Part shown: piece after piece, positions 62,956-64,000 of the stretch | Layout of the letters: every line of letters begins with the position of its first letter | Numbering within the stretch: position 1 is the first letter of the stretch | Assembly (NCBI RefSeq): GCF_037042905.1 | Contig: NC_087246.1 | Coordinates: forward strand, 8,558,001 to 8,622,000 | Length of the DNA stretch: 64,000 nucleotides | Reading direction: 5' to 3' | DNA from: Lytechinus pictus | Taxonomy: Eukaryota | Notes under the pieces: generated by a model | Seen by the model: only the letters and a program-made list of their open reading frames with translations | What the model was told of the DNA's origin: nothing | Database searches by the model: none | Position numbers and translations under genes: made by a program

Positions 62956-63577
62956 TAGCCCCGGCCCCAAGCCCCCCAACTGTACGCCAGTGGATTTTTG
63001 CATTAAAATGTCAAAATTGTTGAATAGGGTCAAAAGAATTTGTAGGGAGGGGGTGGGAAATATATTATTATTAACATCAATATTGCGTGAAATCGCATGG
63101 CCCTGAGACGGGGGTACTATTTACTGGGGAAGCACCAATTTTTTTTTCTTCTGGTGGTGCGCAGTGTGCACCCCTTCGGATTTTTTTAAATGTTACAATG
63201 TATATCAGTGGCGTAACTACGGGGGGATGGGGGGCACGTCCCCCCCCCCCAATCGGCTGCCCCCCCAAAAAAAAACAGAGAAAAGGAGAAAAAGAGGGAG
63301 AAAGGAAGAAAAACGTATTGGGGAAAGAAGACATTATTGTTCATTATAAGGCAGTTTATAATCACTCGCGTCGCGTTCTGGTTCGTAATCACTCGCGTTT
63401 TGAATTTTTGGCGATTTTGTATATTTCGGTGCGATTTTTTTTTAACGGTGTCTTCAATGTGACAGACATGCAGGGAAATTTGAGTTTCGTTTTAAGCCGG
63501 CAATTAAGTGCCTTAAAATAAAATGTACTCGACTACTGTTCTAAGTACCAAGAATAGATAACAAGCTTGATCCGCCC

Positions 63578-63730
63578 CAGACAGCTGGCAGCAGTCTGTT
63601 TCGAGGAGTTTTTTTCAAACATTTTTAATTTTTTTAAAATTTCTCTGTATTTGGTGAGTGGAGCCAACGGAGTTCAGCGGAACAACCAACATAATAATTA
63701 ATAGACACAAAGACCGAAGCTTTTGGTCAA
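63578..63730. mobile_element. Second short copy of the double-hairpin element (reverse of 3583-3725)
   Basis: CAGACAGCTGGCAGCAGTCTG...TTTGGTGAGTGGAGCCAACGGAGTTCAGC...AGACCGAAGCTTTTGGTCAA. Confidence 0.7.
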
Positions 63731-64000
63731 TATCAACGAACGTAGAGGGCAGCAACACACAAGCGTGTTGCTCTAAGGAAGGTCAACTCCGCTCGAATTT
63801 TGTGACCACTCTAAAAAATAAAAAAAACCTGATATCACACACACACACAATTATTTGTATAAAGGAACAATTTTGTTGGTCCCTCGGACTTCTTTATAAC
63901 CAGAGTGCACTTTACTCCCCCTCCTACTTCTCTTTCTTCTCAGTCTTCTTTTTATTCCCATTATTATATCATCTTATTCTTCTCCCTGTTCTTCTACTTC

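Overview
This is AT-rich, intron-rich animal genomic DNA. An echinoderm (sea-urchin-like) source is inferred from repeat style and protein divergence, not shown. Three conserved spliced genes were reconstructed by hand. (1) ZW10 kinetochore/RZZ-NRZ subunit, + strand, 20 coding exons at 6911-29280, first coding exon unresolved. (2) GNB1L WD40 protein, + strand, 8 coding exons at 33982-40830, 323 aa. (3) An RNF34/RFFL-type FYVE-like/RING E3 ligase, - strand, 6 coding exons at 55058-46764, about 467 aa, convergent with GNB1L. Most ORFs in the supplied track are spurious or exon fragments. Introns and intergenic DNA are dense with non-autonomous transposons typed by termini and target-site duplications (TSDs): Kolobok-like (TTAA), Harbinger-like (3-bp TSD), hAT-like (8-bp and 5-bp TSD), Mutator-like foldbacks (9-bp TSD), Helentron/DINE-like elements, a tRNA-derived SINE and LINE 3' ends. 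No transposase ORF and no clearly new protein-coding system is visible. The most unusual region is 1-5560, upstream of ZW10. It contains two different TA-ended elements stacked between three copies of one 9-bp site, an unclassified element with a hairpin at each end, foldback elements with different loop cargo, and a TIR element sharing about 110 bp with the putative ZW10 promoter.
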